Counted from the stretch's first letter, positions 52,217 through 64,000 are shown. The stretch: 64,000 nt of DNA from Eledone cirrhosa (GCA_964016885.1 OZ024754.1:26164001-26228000); one strand, 5' to 3'. Program-made: numbers and translations. The notes: generated by a model not told the origin, from the letters alone.

Positions 52217-55200
52217 TCCAGTGCTCCAACATGTCTGCTGTCTACTGACTAAACCCAACAAGAAGTAATAAGTCTCTAAATATTTTATTTATTTCCTAAG
52301 TTAATCATTTATAAATTTGTTATGTGGCTTAGTAGTTAGGATGTTTGACTTGTGATTTTAAGGTTTGATTCCTGTACAGGGCAGTATGTTCTGTTCATGA
52401 CCAAGATGTTACATTTCATGTTGCTTTTTCATGATAGGACTGAGGCCCCTATCATTTCAACACCTGAGAAACCTCCTACAAGATATAACCTTGTAAGAGG
52501 CTAGCTAAATTTACATAGGCGTGAGTTGTAAATTTCATTTCATTTATCCATCTCTGTGTCTTTAACTTTTTATGGAGTTGTAGGGGAACTTTATTGATAT
52601 ATGGCATTTAAAACATGGTGTAGCCTATCCCTTTCCAGCTCTGAATGAAGCTATTTTCTTACAGAGAAATAGAGAGTGGGAATGAGAGAGAGAGCAATCA
52701 ACCCTAGTATGAAAGAATGAAGGATAAATTTAACCTCAGCGGGATTTGAATTCTGAGATCCAGAACAAATACCACCAAGCATTCATCATCATCATCGTTT
52801 AACGTCCATCTTCCACGCTTGCATAGGTTTGGACGGGAATTTTCCCACTTGAGGCAAGGTTGGTTGTCTTGCTTGTATAGGACTGTCTGGTGGGTTTTCT
52901 ACGGCTGGATGCCCTTCCTAACACCAACCACGTTTACAGTGTGGACTGGGAGGTTTTTACTGTGTTACCTACACGGCCACATTACAGCGTGGACTGTGTG
53001 TTTTTTTGTCGTGACACCTACACAACCTCATTTATTTCGGACTGGATGTTGTGGTACCAACATTCTGTCCAATACTTTAATAGCTCTGTCTTATTTCATT
53101 TGTAGATTCCATATTTTTTTTATGAAACATTTATATTGACGTTTTTATTTACAGAGGAGAAGAAAAATGCCAAGAGACAAGTTGAAAAGAATTTAGAGGA
53201 GGCCTCTCTTTTGGTATGGTTAAAGATTCTTCATGTTTCTTTTCTTTTGCTGTTGTTGTTGTTTATGGCTTCCAGAACTCATGATTGAATGTTATTCACA
53301 TTTGTTTGTTTTCACAGAGAGGCTTATAAACTGTAGTTATATCTACATTAAATTAAAAAAAAAATTTAGTAATTTTAAAATTCATTTAATTTATTTTTGA
53401 CTTCAGATGCAAGAAATGGAACAAGAAAGTAAATCGGCGCCACAAAGTTACCGAATACAAATGATGAACCAGTTGAGGAACTACAGAAGAGAAATTGAAA
53501 GTCTTAGCAGGAATTTTGTATGTATTAAATTTAGATACATTAAATACACTCTATAAAATGGTTGGTGTTAAGAAGGGTATCTCTTCAAAGAGAAGACATG
53601 TAGCCTAGTTGTTACAGTGTTGGGCACATGATCATAATAAGGTCATGTGTTTGATTCGTAAACTGGCAGTATGTTGAATCTTTTATTTCATGCTGTTCCA
53701 TTTCACCCAGCTGGAAAAAATGTCTTTTATGACACTAATGCTCCCATGGACAACATCATATATAGTGTATAAATAATGTGTATATTGTGTATATATGAGT
53801 TGTCATGACAAAAAGCACCCAGCCCACACTGTAAAGTGGTCGTGTAGGTGTCACAACCAAAAGCACCCAGTCCACACTGTAAATGTGGTTGGCGTTAGGA
53901 AGGGCATCCAGCTGTAGAAACCAGGCCAAAATCAGTTCTGTATGAGCAAGATATGGTGACCTGACCTGGACTATCTCAGTGGGACAACTCATCTAACCCA
54001 TGCTAGCATGGAAAAATGGACGTTAAATGGTGATGATATGATGACACTAGTGGCAAGCTATATCACTATTTGCATTTCTCTTGGATAACATCAGTGTCCT
54101 GAAGAAGGGAAACCAGCAAGTTTGGGTGACCTGGTCTTCCACAGAGTATTAACACCAAGCATGTGTGTTGAAGTCAAACTTTCCAGGTGCAAACATATTG
54201 TTAGGCATAACTAATTCGAGCCTCTTCCTCTAATCTATTCAAATTATAATTTTAGGAAATTGGAAACTGTGGCATTCATACCTTCTTCAAAGTATTGTTT
54301 TTTTTTTAATTTGAAGTTTTTATTTTCTTAATAATAATTTAATTAAATCTAATTTTCTCTTGTTCAGAAAATGGCTTCAGAAAATAGACCACTTGACTCT
54401 GTTGTCTCTGACCGAGAAAGTGTAAGTATTATTATTATTACTAGCAGAAAAACCACCCTCCGGGTAGCTTTCTGCTAGCATGTGTAGTGTGCATATTGAT
54501 ATTATATGCAAATATATATATGCATGTAGATATAATACATCAAATAAAATTTAATTTTCTCCTTCTCCACCCCAATTGCTAGCCTTGTGTCTAAATTAAA
54601 AACCATTATTACTATCGCAACATTTAGTTATGGCTCTTTATGTTTTGAGTTCAAATCCTGTCGAGGTCAACTTTTTCATCCTTCTGGGGTCACTAAAATA
54701 AAGAATGTCTTTATTTATGTTTGCACCCCATGAAGCATAGGCGGGTAAGAGATCTCCATCATGCACATTTGCAAGCCTTGTCATGGGTCTGCTCCCATGC
54801 CAGACCCATGTCTTTTAGGTTTTTCTACACAGACCTCAACCAGGTTATGATAGATTGCCTTACCGGCTACTTCCTCCCTTCTAGTTTTCACTCTATACAG
54901 GCCCTCACTAGTCTCTTTGTGGTCATGCATAGTCGGTGGTCAAGTATTTTCCACTGTCATATGGTAATGTTATCTGTAGAATGCACATCCCTGTCTTATG
55001 GTGATACTATCTGGAGAATACACAGCCCTGTCACATGGTGATACTATCCTGTAGAATACACAGCCCTGTCTTATGGTGATACTATCCTGTAGAATACACA
55101 GCCCTGTCTTATGGTGATACTATCCTGTATAATACACAGCCCTGTCCTATGGTGATACTATCCTGTAGAATACACATCCCTGTCTTATGGTAATGTTATC

Positions 55201-58200
55201 TGTAGAATACACATCCCTGTCTTATGGTGATACTATCTTGTAGAATACACAGCCCTGTCCTATGGTGATACTATCCTGTAGAATACACAGCCCTGTCTTA
55301 TGGTGATACTATCCTATAGAATACACATCCCTGTCTTATGGTGATACTATCCTGTAGAATACACAGCCCTGTCTTATGGTGATACTATCCTGTAGAATAC
55401 ACAGCCCTGTCCTATGGTGATACTATCCTGTAGAATACACAGCCCTGTCTTATGGTGATACTATCCTGTAGAATACACAGCCCTGTCTTATGGTGATACT
55501 ATCCTGTAGAATACACATCCCTGTCCTATGGTGATACTATCCTATAGAATACACAGCCCTGTCTTATGGTGATACTATCCTGTAGAATACACATCCCTGT
55601 CCTATGGTGATACTATCCTATAGAATACACAGCCCTGTCTTATGGTGATACTATCCTGTAGAATACACAGCCCTGTCTTATGGTGATACTATCCTGTAGA
55701 ATACACAGCCCTGTCTTATGGTGATACTATCCTGTAGAATACACAGCCCTGTCTTATGGTGATACTATCCTATAGAATACACAGCCCTGTCTTATGGTGA
55801 TACTATCCTGTAGAATACACAGCCCTGTCTTATGGTGATACTATCCTGTAGAATACACATCCCTGTCCTATGGTGATACTATCCTATAGAATACACATCC
55901 CTGTCTTATGGTGATACTATCCTGTAGAATACACAGCCCTGTCTTATGGTGATACTATCCTGTAGAATACACATCCCTGTCTTATGGTGATACTATCCTG
56001 TAGAATACACATCCCTGTCTTATGGTGATACTATCCTGTAGAATACACATCCCTGTCTTATGGTGATACTATCTTGTAGAATACACAGCCCTGTCCTATG
56101 GTGATACTATCCTGTAGAATACACAGCCCTGTCTTATGGTGATACTATCCTGTAGAATACACATCCCTGTCTTATGGTGATACTATCCTGTAGAATACAC
56201 AGCCCTGTCTTATGGTGATACTATCCTGTAGAATACACAGCCCTGTCCTATGGTGATACTATCCTGTAGAATACACAGCCCTGTCTTATGGTGATACTAT
56301 CCTGTAGAATACACATCCCTGTCCTATGGTGATACTATCCTATAGAATACACATCCCTGTCTTATGGTGATACTATCCTGTAGAATACACATCCCTGTCT
56401 TATGGTGATACTATCCTATAGAATACACAGCCCTGTCTTATGGTGATACTATCCTGTAGAATACACATCCCTGTCCTATGGTGATACTATCCTATAGAAT
56501 ACACAGCCCTGTCTTATGGTGATACTATCCTGTAGAATACACATCCCTGTCTTATGGTGATACTATCCTGTAGAATACACATCCCTGTCTTATGGTGATA
56601 CTATCTTGTAGAATACACAGCCCTGTCCTATGGTGATACTATCCTGTAGAATACACAGCCCTGTCTTATGGTGATACTATCCTGTAGAATACACATCCCT
56701 GTCTTATGGTGATACTATCCTGTAGAATACACATCCCTGTCTTATGGTGATACTATCCTGTAGAATACACAGCCCTGTCTTATGGTGATACTATCCTGTA
56801 AAATACTCAGCCCTGTCTTATGGTGATACTATCCTGTAGAATACACATCCCTGTCCTATGGTGATACTATCCTGTAGAATACACATCCCTGTCTTATGGT
56901 GATACTATCCTGTAGAATACACAGCCCTGTCTTATGGTGATACTATCCTGTAAAATACTCAGCCCTGTCTTATGGTGATACTATCCTGTAGAATACACAT
57001 CCCTGTCCTATGGTGATACTATCCTGTAGAATACACATCCCTGTCTTATGGTGATACTATCCTGTAGAATACACATCCCTGTCTTATGGTGATACTATCC
57101 TGTAGAATACACAGCCCTGTCTTATGGTGATACTATCCTGTAGAATACACAGCCCTGTCTTATGGTGATACTATCCTGTAGAATACACAGCCCTGTCTTA
57201 TGGTGATACTATCCTATAGAATACACATCCCTGTCTTATGGTGATACTATCCTGTAGAATACACATCCCTGTCTTATGGTGATACTATCCTGTAGAATAC
57301 ACAGCCCTGTCTTATGGTGATACTATCCTGTAGAATACACATCCCTGTCCTATGGTGATACTATCCTGTAGAATACACATCCCTGTCCTATGGTGATACT
57401 ATCCTGTAGAATACACAGCCCTGTCCTATGGTGATACTATCCTGTAGAATACACATCCCTGTCTTATGGTGATACTATCCTGTAGAATACACAGCCCTGT
57501 CTTATGGTGATACTATCCTGTAGAATACACAGCCCTGTCTTATGGTGATACTATCCTGTAGAATACACAGCCCTGTCTTATGGTGATACTATCCTATAGA
57601 ATACACATCCCTGTCTTATGGTGATACTATCCTGTAGAATACACATCCCTGTCTTATGGTGATACTATCCTATAGAATACACATCCCTGTCTTATGGTGA
57701 TACTATCCTGTAGAATACACAGCCCTGTCTTATGGTGATACTATCCTGTAGAATACACAGCCCTGTCTTATGGTGATACTATCCTGTAGAATACACATCC
57801 CTGTCCTATGGTGATACTATCCTGTAGAATACACAGCCCTGTCTTATGGTGATACTATCCTGTAGAATACACATCCCTGTCTTATGGTGATACTATCCTG
57901 TAGAATACACATCCCTGTCCTATGGTGATACTATCCTGTAGAATACACATCCCCGTCTTATGGTGATACTATCCTGTAGAATACTCAGCCCTGTCTTATG
58001 GTGATACTATCCTGTAGAATACACAGCCCTGTCTTATGGTGATACTATCCTGTAAAATACTCAGCCCTGTCTTATGGTGATACTATCCTGTAGAATACAC
58101 ATCCCTGTCCTATGGTGATACTATCCTGTAGAATACACAGCCCTGTCCTATGGTGATACTATCCTGTAAAATACTCAGCCCTGTCTTATGGTGATACTAT

Positions 58201-60456
58201 CCTGTAGAATACACATCCCTGTCCTATGGTGATACTATCCTGTAGAATACACAGCCCTGTCCTATGGTGATACTATCCTGTAAAATACTCAGCCCTGTCT
58301 TATGGTGATACTATCCTGTAGAATACTCAGCCCTGTCTTATGGTGATACTATCCTGTAAAATACTCAGCCTTGTCCTATGGTGATACTATCCTGTAAAAT
58401 ACTCAGCACTCTTTTCCATGAACAGTTGTCAGGAATCTATATTGATATAGAATATTCTTTGTTTATAATTTCAGAAAATGGAAGCCTCAAATCGACAGAA
58501 ATTGTTCACTGGTGTTCAGTCTTTACAGAGAACGTCAGAAAGTATTGCTCGGTCCCATCAAGTTGCTGCTGAGACTGATGAAATTGGTACAGGAATCATT
58601 GAGGATATGAGTCGACAAAGAGAAGTTTTAGAAAGAACGAAAAACAGAGTCAGTACAATTTTTGTTTCTGTGTTGTGGCTGTTTTATATCATTTTCTTTT
58701 ATGCTTGCATGAATTTCGCATCATGTCATTGCTCACAACAGGATAACTTGTCTAACCCATGCCAGCGTGGAAAAGTAGACGTTAACGGTGATGATGATGA
58801 TGCATAGAATAGAGTGGCTGGATACAAGCCTGGGCGATGTGATTTGGAGGACAGAATGTTGCCCATGCAGCATGTCCCTCCTCTCCACAACAGTGATGAT
58901 GACTTATACATGCATTCTGTTTGTTATTGTCACATGTTGACATTGGAAACATGAGGAAATGAGAAGGGTTTGGTGTCTGAGCAGTATATCATTGAGAGAA
59001 AAACAGTGAATTACAAAGGATGGCAAGAATAGAGAGAGTGATGAATGTTGTGAAAAGAATCTGAAGAAGTAAGCTGAAGGATGAAAGTGATTGTAGTTAT
59101 GAAGTGGGATTGGACTTGGAACTAGAGCTAGGATTGCATCCAAAACTTTATCTTGTATTCTATAAAGTTCTTCCTGATGTTGAACTTGTTTCTGTAAAAC
59201 TGTTTAATGTGACTTTTCTTTCTTTCCAGCTTGACGAAACTGATGCCAACCTTAGTAAAAGTCGGCGAATAATAAGAACTATTGTTAGACGGTAAGTAAT
59301 CTTTATCATCATTTTAAGGGCGGTGGATTGGCAGTATCGGTAGAGGGTCGGACGCCATGCTTTGCAGCACAGTTACGTCCCTTTACGTTCTGAGTTCAAA
59401 TCCCGCTGAGGTTAACTTTGCCTTTCATCCTTACGGGGTCGATAAAATAAAGTACCAGTAATGTACTGGGTAATTGCTGGCCTTGTGCCAAAAGTAGAAA
59501 CAATTATCATTTTCTGCTATTTTTCCATTACTGGTATGAGAGTGACGACTATGATGTAGTTTTACATATGGGTGTATATATATATATATATATATATATT
59601 GTCTTTTTACATACATGTACTTATATATCATCAGCATCATCATTTAATATCCATTTTCCACACTATGGGTTAGACGGGTTGTCCTATTTGAGGCAAGTTG
59701 GGTCAAGTGACACTGTCTTGCTCATACAGAACTATTTCTGGCTTGGTTTCTACGGCTGGGTGCCCTTCCTAATGCCAACCTCATTTACAGTGAGTACTGG
59801 GTGCTTTTTGTTGTGACACCTACATGACTACTTTACATTGTAGGCTGGGTGCTTTTTGTAGTGACACCTAGATGACCACTTTCGAGTGTGGCCTGGGAGC
59901 TCTTTGTTGTGACACCTACATGACCACTTTACAGTGTAAGGGTGGTGTGAACATATGGGTGGGTGGGTGTTGTAGTGTGGGAGGTGTATGGAAGGGGAGT
60001 ATAATATATATATATATATATTTATATATTAAATGTATATATTGAGTTAGGAACTCAAAATAGTCTCTTACAACAAAATAGCTCTAAGAAAGAGATATTT
60101 CTGAGCCGTATATTATAATATTATAATGGGTGATTGGTAGTTACCACAATTCCGGTTTGTATTTATTTTCTTAATTTTTTCTTAAATTGAGACAAGCGAA
60201 CCCAATTGTCTATAGTTAGTATTCTTTTCACCTTAGTGAATAAGGTCCCTTACGATTTGAACACATATATCATGTTACGATTTGAACACATATATCATGT
60301 TCACTTTTCTTTTATATTCTATTATAATTATATATTTATATATATATTTTTGTCTTTTTCAGTGTGATGACTGATAAAATGATCCTTATTGCTATAATCC
60401 TCGTGGAAATGGCGTCATTAGGTGGTGTGGTATATTATAAATATTTCAGAAAGTAA
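39028..60456 (+). CDS. VTI1B: Vesicle transport through interaction with t-SNAREs 1B (Qb-SNARE), 7 coding exons, 217 aa
   Basis: join(39028-39127,53155-53213,53407-53517,54368-54421,58475-58648,59230-59291,60363-60456) = 654 nt, phases 1,0,0,0,0,2. N-terminal helical region [11 protein letters not shown]...EMEQE..SAPQSYR, SNARE motif [40 protein letters not shown]-terminal TM segment [24 protein letters not shown] typical of VTI1B. Confidence 0.95.
42652..43550 (-). mobile_element. Internally deleted mariner transposon with ~100-bp TIRs
   Basis: TA on both flanks; TIRs 42652-42748 and 43453-43550; transposase remnants [44 protein letters not shown]. Confidence 0.93.
43580..43919 (-). mobile_element. 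SINE family B
   Basis: Reverse-complement copy of 8834-9183. Confidence 0.88.
43920..44512. repeat. Compound (TA)n/(CA)n low-complexity tract
   Basis: Directly visible; source of several spurious YIYI ORFs. Confidence 0.95.
44513..46025 (-). mobile_element. Non-autonomous Helitron remnant
   Basis: Minus-strand 3' end GGGCAATGCC hairpin then CTAG|T at 44513; 5' end TCTCTATATATATAAAA near 46025; PIF1-type helicase scraps [10 protein letters not shown] and [12 protein letters not shown] (ORFs 44904-45131, 44686-44868). Confidence 0.8.
46209..46694 (-). mobile_element. 5'-truncated RTE LINE, family A
   Basis: [15 protein letters not shown]...[12 protein letters not shown]-terminus plus (ATG)n tail; closely similar to 8090-8555. 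Confidence 0.92.
46695..50330 (-). mobile_element. Near full-length, disrupted RTE-clade LINE (family B): APE endonuclease + RT with PHD-like finger
   Basis: ORF pieces 49815-50132 ([15 protein letters not shown]), 49033-49809 (AYAPQ, QVDYIL, SQHRL), 48166-49020 ([16 protein letters not shown]), 47070-48062 ([16 protein letters not shown]); 3'UTR ends in an (ATG)n tail at 46695. 5' limit approximate. Confidence 0.93.
50697..50898 (-). mobile_element. Short 3' end of the same CR1 family
   Basis: Reverse complement matches 63578-63640 and 63805-63873, with an (ATT)n tail. Confidence 0.8.
51130..51495. repeat. Degenerate ~45-50 bp tandem repeat related to a SINE/RTE 3'UTR segment
   Basis: Repeating TTTTAT..TGACACCAG.ACTACCACTTTACAGAGTGTACTGGGTACA; similar run at about 59780-59940. 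Confidence 0.7.
51514..51857 (+). mobile_element. SINE family B
   Basis: Near-identical to 8834-9183; follows a (TA)n run. Confidence 0.9.
51956..52165. repeat. ~210-bp imperfect foldback (MITE-like)
   Basis: ATAATAATACAAGGACGATTGGTTAAGCCTTCGTTAT...ATAACGAAGGCTTAACCAATCATCCTTGTATTATTAT, pairing continues inward to GGTTCGATCTG/CAGATCGAACC. Confidence 0.85.
53155..53213 (+). CDS. VTI1B: VTI1B exon 2
   Basis: tttacag|AG GAG AAG...TTG|gtatgg; [20 protein letters not shown]. Confidence 0.9.
53407..53517 (+). CDS. VTI1B: VTI1B exon 3
   Basis: cttcag|ATG CAA GAA...TTT|gtatgt; [37 protein letters not shown]. Confidence 0.92.
54368..54421 (+). CDS. VTI1B: VTI1B exon 4 (linker)
   Basis: ttgttcag|AAA ATG GCT...AGT|gtaagt; [18 protein letters not shown], phase 0-0. 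Confidence 0.8.
54706..54955 (-). mobile_element. Old RTE-type LINE 3' fragment abutting the minisatellite
   Basis: Minus-strand translation with stops: [11 protein letters not shown]...[28 protein letters not shown]...WRSL, resembling the RTE C-terminus. Confidence 0.6.
54953..58407. repeat. 38-bp minisatellite, about 90 copies, in VTI1B intron 4
   Basis: Unit TATGGTGATACTATCCTGTAGAATACACAGCCCTGTCT repeated head-to-tail (e.g. starts 55261, 55299) with a few recurrent substitutions and no spacers. Confidence 0.98.
58475..58648 (+). CDS. VTI1B: VTI1B exon 5 (SNARE motif)
   Basis: atttcag|AAA ATG GAA...AAC AGA|gtcagt; frame of ORF 58478..58807. Confidence 0.95.
59230..59291 (+). CDS. VTI1B: VTI1B exon 6
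   Basis: tctttccag|CTT GAC GAA...AGA CG|gtaagt; [20 protein letters not shown](R). Confidence 0.93.
59318..59507 (+). mobile_element. tRNA-derived SINE family A (full copy)
   Basis: GGGCGGTGGATTGGCAGTATCGG head, GAGTTCAAATCC B box, central GCCTTTCATCCTTACGGGGTCGATAAAATAAAGTACCAG, ends AAACAATTAT. At least a dozen full or partial copies in the window. Confidence 0.88.
60363..60456 (+). CDS. VTI1B: VTI1B exon 7 (transmembrane anchor)
   Basis: tttttcag|T GTG ATG ACT...AGA AAG TAA; [30 protein letters not shown]. Confidence 0.94.
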
Positions 60457-60477
60457 TATTTGACATTCCATTTGTAA

Positions 60478-60483
60478 AATAAA
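60478..60483 (+). terminator. Candidate polyadenylation signal of VTI1B
   Basis: AATAAA 22 nt after the stop codon; the AT-rich context makes this weak. Confidence 0.3.
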
Positions 60484-60909
60484 CCTGCAATAACAGATCA
60501 ATATATTTATATTACCACATAACAACATATATTACCACATACCAACAACATATAACAACACATTGTTCAATAATAGTATCAATATATTTATATTACCACA
60601 TAACAAGATATTGGGATAATATAGCCCTAGATAGACCCTCCAAATAAGACAAAACGCCAGACCTGCAGTTAAACAACAACAACAACAACAACAACATTAA
60701 AATAGCAGCCAAATCTTTCTCAGATTCCATCTAACTCATGAACAAAGAAAGTACATGTTTGTTAACCCCTTTTGATACTGCCTCTGGTTTTATAAAACAG
60801 GTTCTATTTAAATTGATAAAAGAACCATACGTTATAAATTCTGTCATAATAATAAATAATTTTAGCAAATCCCTCCAAATTCTTCATTAATTAATTACAT
60901 ATATATTAA

Positions 60910-61116
60910 CTTCTTCGCCCACTTATTTCTGAGAGGGGGCAGAGTCCTCAAACACTCTCTCCAGCGGGTCCTGTCAGAAGCAACCGTCTCCAACTGATCC
61001 GGTTGGATCCCCAAGCGTGACCAGCCAAGCTTATGGATGTTATCCAATCATCTTGCTCCGGGTCTACTCCTGGATCTCCTACCTGTTGTTTTCGCCCATA
61101 AAATCTGTCCTAATGG
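60910..61116 (-). mobile_element. Rex3/Expander-like RTE 3' fragment
   Basis: Minus-strand translation TGRRSRSRPGAR*LDNIHKLGWSRLGIQPDQLETVASDRTRWRECLRTLPP resembles the Rex3-type C-terminus (from memory). Confidence 0.65.
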
Positions 61117-61384
61117 GTTAATATAGTCGTAGATACACTCTCCAATAAAACAAAAATCCCATTGATCATAGTGTCTGCTTGATCAGTGGTGACCTATGGT
61201 TAAACAACAACTATATAAATACACAAATAATAAACATTTTTTTTTGTATAAAATGATATTCTTTCTGTTAATTCCTTTTTTGGAATGAAACTGAGCCAAG
61301 ATTCTTGGTTCTTACAGCAGAATCCTGTATTGGTCAGTTTCTTAAAACTGGCTCCAGATAATTTTATTGGCAAGAACTCAATTT

Positions 61385-61535
61385 CTCTATCTACCTATCT
61401 CTCTATCTCTACCTATCTCTTTATCTCTTTATCTACCTACCTACCTACCTATCTATCTATCTACCTACCTACCTATCTATCTCTTTACCTACCTATCTAT
61501 CTATCTACCTCTTTACCTACCTGTCTATCTCTATT
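61385..61535. repeat. (CTAT/CTAC)n tetranucleotide microsatellite
   Basis: Directly visible. Confidence 0.95.
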
Positions 61536-61865
61536 ATATTGAGATTCTTAACCATAAATGTAATATAAATTTCTACATCTTCTTTGAAATATTATAAAAA
61601 GTAAATAAATTTAATATATATAATGAATACACTTTTGTTTCTTTTTCTCTATTAATTGCATAATTGATTTATTTCCAATACTCCAGTAATTATTACTTGG
61701 CTGTTCACCCTGCACATCCCCATCACTTTACCTGTTGTGCTATTATGTGAGTCTGTTGTGTCAAGGCTCATACTTGTTTACATTATAATAAGTAGCTTTT
61801 GAGAAATAGAGGGAAAGTGAACTTTCAAATCCACACTGCCAAAAAGGCTCCCATGTGCTTAATAC

Positions 61866-62078
61866 AACATCATCATCATTTTCCGCCTGCTTTCCCTTGC
61901 TTGCAAGAGTGGAATTGGGTCCTCCTCAGCACAGCATCTCTCCATTTGTCATCTCCTCTGTGAGCTTCAGTGATCTGAGGTCTTCTCACCACCTCTGCCT
62001 ATATCTTTTGTGGTCTTCTTTCCACTGGGATTTCTTGGCACTTCTTGATCCAGCAGCCATCTTCCATGCACATCACAT
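61866..62078 (-). mobile_element. RTE family A 3' fragment
   Basis: Diverged match to 46209-46440 with a (CAT)n tail. Confidence 0.75.
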
Positions 62079-62325
62079 AATAGTGAGACTAAATACGTTA
62101 TCATCATCATCATTATTTTATGTCCATAATCCATGCTAGCATGGGTTTGACAACTTGACACAATCTGAGGCTATGCGAGTTGAAGAGACCTAATCTTGCC
62201 CATACATTTTATATTTGGCATGATTTCTATGGCAGGAATCCCTTCCTAATGCCAACCACTGTACAGAGTATACTGGGTGTGGTCCCAACACATGGATATA
62301 AAAATGATATAAAATATATATATAT

Positions 62326-63873
62326 CAGTCAGTCTTACTAGCTGTATGGCCAAACTGATGGAATCCTGTGTCAGAGAAACACTTTGGAACTTCTGGAGCT
62401 CTCACAGCCTCATCCAGCCCTCACAGTTTGGATTTATCCCTAACTCCAGCTGCTGTGATCAGCTTATCGAGTTCCTTGAGGACATCACCCGGATCACTGA
62501 CAGCGGCTCATGGGTGGATGTTGTTTACCTTGACTTTGCTAAGGCTTTTAATTCTGTGCCACACAAAAGACTTATGGCAAAACTCTCTGCAATGGGTGTG
62601 AGGGATGATCTTTTCGACTGGTTGAAATCCTTCATTCTCAGCCGAAAAGAAGTAGTCACGGTTCTAGGTCAGCATTCTTCACCATATGAGATGTTATCTG
62701 GTGTACCACAGGGATCTGTTCTTGGTCCTCTTTTGTTTGTGGCATATATTAATGACATAGATGCCAACTTACAGAATGCCACGGTACTAAAATATGCAGA
62801 TGACATCAAGCTGTACCTTGAAATCAAAAGGACTGATCCTGAAATTTACAACTCTTTCCTACAATCAGACCTGGACACAATGCAGCAATGGATCACAGAC
62901 TGGCAACTGAAGCTGGCTGTGGACAAGTGTACCACCATGGAAGGAAAAATCCAGCGTCCACATACTCCCTCCACAACACTGATATCAAAAAGTCCTCTTG
63001 TGAACGTGACCTGGGCATTACTGTCAGCAACGATTTGCGTTGGACAAAGCATGTCTCTAAGATTGTCAAGAAGGCCGAGGGTGTCTTGGCATCACTCAGC
63101 AAGACCTTTGTTAGCCGCTCTCCAGCCATCTATTTAAAACTGTATACAGCTATGGTGTGACCACACTTGGAATTCGCATCATCAGTCTGGAACCCCTATC
63201 TTGCTCAGAACATTGACCTCCTAGAAACTGTTCAGAGACGTGCAACCAAGCGCATACCCTCCATCAGACACCTACCATACTCTGAATGCCTTGCTTCTCT
63301 GGGCATGGATTCATTGAAGCTCCGACGTCTGGCAATGGACTTGGTGAATACCCACAAAGTTTTTAACCATCTCGCCAATTGCAACCCTGAGTGCCTCTTT
63401 GATCTCCATGTGTCTAACACACGTGGACATGCCTACAAGATCAGAAAACAGCACAGCTCCCATGACTTTCGTAGACATTTTTTCACGCTCAGAGTTGCTG
63501 AAGCATGGAACAAACTGCTTGCGTCAATTGTTAGCTGCCGAGACACTGCATCCTTTAAGACACTCATGCTTCCCGAAATATGCCAAAACTACACCTGATG
63601 TACCCCTTCCATACACATGCACACATGTGTGCATCATGACTCGTGCACTGTTCATTTTACTGATGTTTGTGCATTGCCCTATGTACTGTACATGCACTTT
63701 TTTGATGAGTTGTGGTGCACCTGGGCACTGTACACAATATTTCATTATTGTTATTGTTATTATATCATGACTCATACACTGTTCATTTTCCTGACACTTT
63801 ATTATTCTATGTACTATACATGCACCTTTGATGAGTTGTAGTGCACCTGAGCACTGTACACAATAATTTCATT
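62326..63873 (+). mobile_element. 5'-truncated CR1-clade LINE (RT + 3'UTR)
   Basis: SQFGF..YLDFAKAFNSVPH..GVPQGSVLGPLLF..YADDIK, frameshift near 62937, ERDLG, VQRRATK, TRGH, FFTLRV..WNKL; stop at 63598; 3'UTR ending GTACACAATAATTTCATT is present twice. Confidence 0.93.
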
Positions 63874-63874
63874 A

Positions 63875-64000
63875 GGGCGGTGGATTGGCAGTATCGGTAG
63901 AGGGTCGGACGCCATGCTTTCCAGCATAGTTATGTCCCTTTACGATCTGAGTTCACATCCCGCCGAGGTTGACTTTGCCTTTCATCCTTACGGGGTCGAT
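63875..64000 (+). mobile_element. SINE family A directly after the CR1 tail (runs off the window)
   Basis: Starts right after ...TTTCATTA; same consensus as other copies. Confidence 0.85.

Noticed and set aside
54099-54137. Hammerhead-like CTGAAGA-AGG-GAAACCAG...CTGGTC
   Set aside because: Stem III can pair, but there is no stem II and no stem I partner.
54953-58407. CRISPR array (38-bp repeat length)
   Set aside because: Units are head-to-tail with no unique spacers, there are no cas genes, and it lies in a spliceosomal intron.

Overview
AT-rich, microsatellite- and transposon-dense animal genomic DNA. The repeat families suggest an octopus or other coleoid cephalopod (inference from repeat appearance, not verified). 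Two spliced + strand genes were reconstructed by hand with consistent intron phases. (1) An RBM4/lark-family RNA-binding protein with one RRM and a long Pro/Arg/Asp then Gly/Met/Asn low-complexity tail: CDS join 7295-7417,14430-14513,28277-28335,29122-29589,32384-33131, 493 aa, with a probable promoter and non-coding first exon at about 1600-1807. (2) VTI1B, a Qb-SNARE: join 39028-39127,53155-53213,53407-53517,54368-54421,58475-58648,59230-59291,60363-60456, 217 aa. The introns hold a near full-length but broken RTE LINE with a PHD-type finger inside its RT region, other RTE and CR1 fragments, tRNA-derived SINEs, TTAA MITEs, a deleted mariner, a Helitron remnant and a ~3.45 kb 38-bp minisatellite (not CRISPR). 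The most interesting unexplained structure lies in the 13.8 kb intron after the RRM exons: a CpG-retaining island with divergent splice donors, a stop-containing exon, an alternative terminal/cassette exon and minus-strand exon-like segments. These suggest an internal bidirectional promoter or autoregulatory splicing module, which needs RNA data to test. Repeat boundaries were read by eye and may be off by a few bases.
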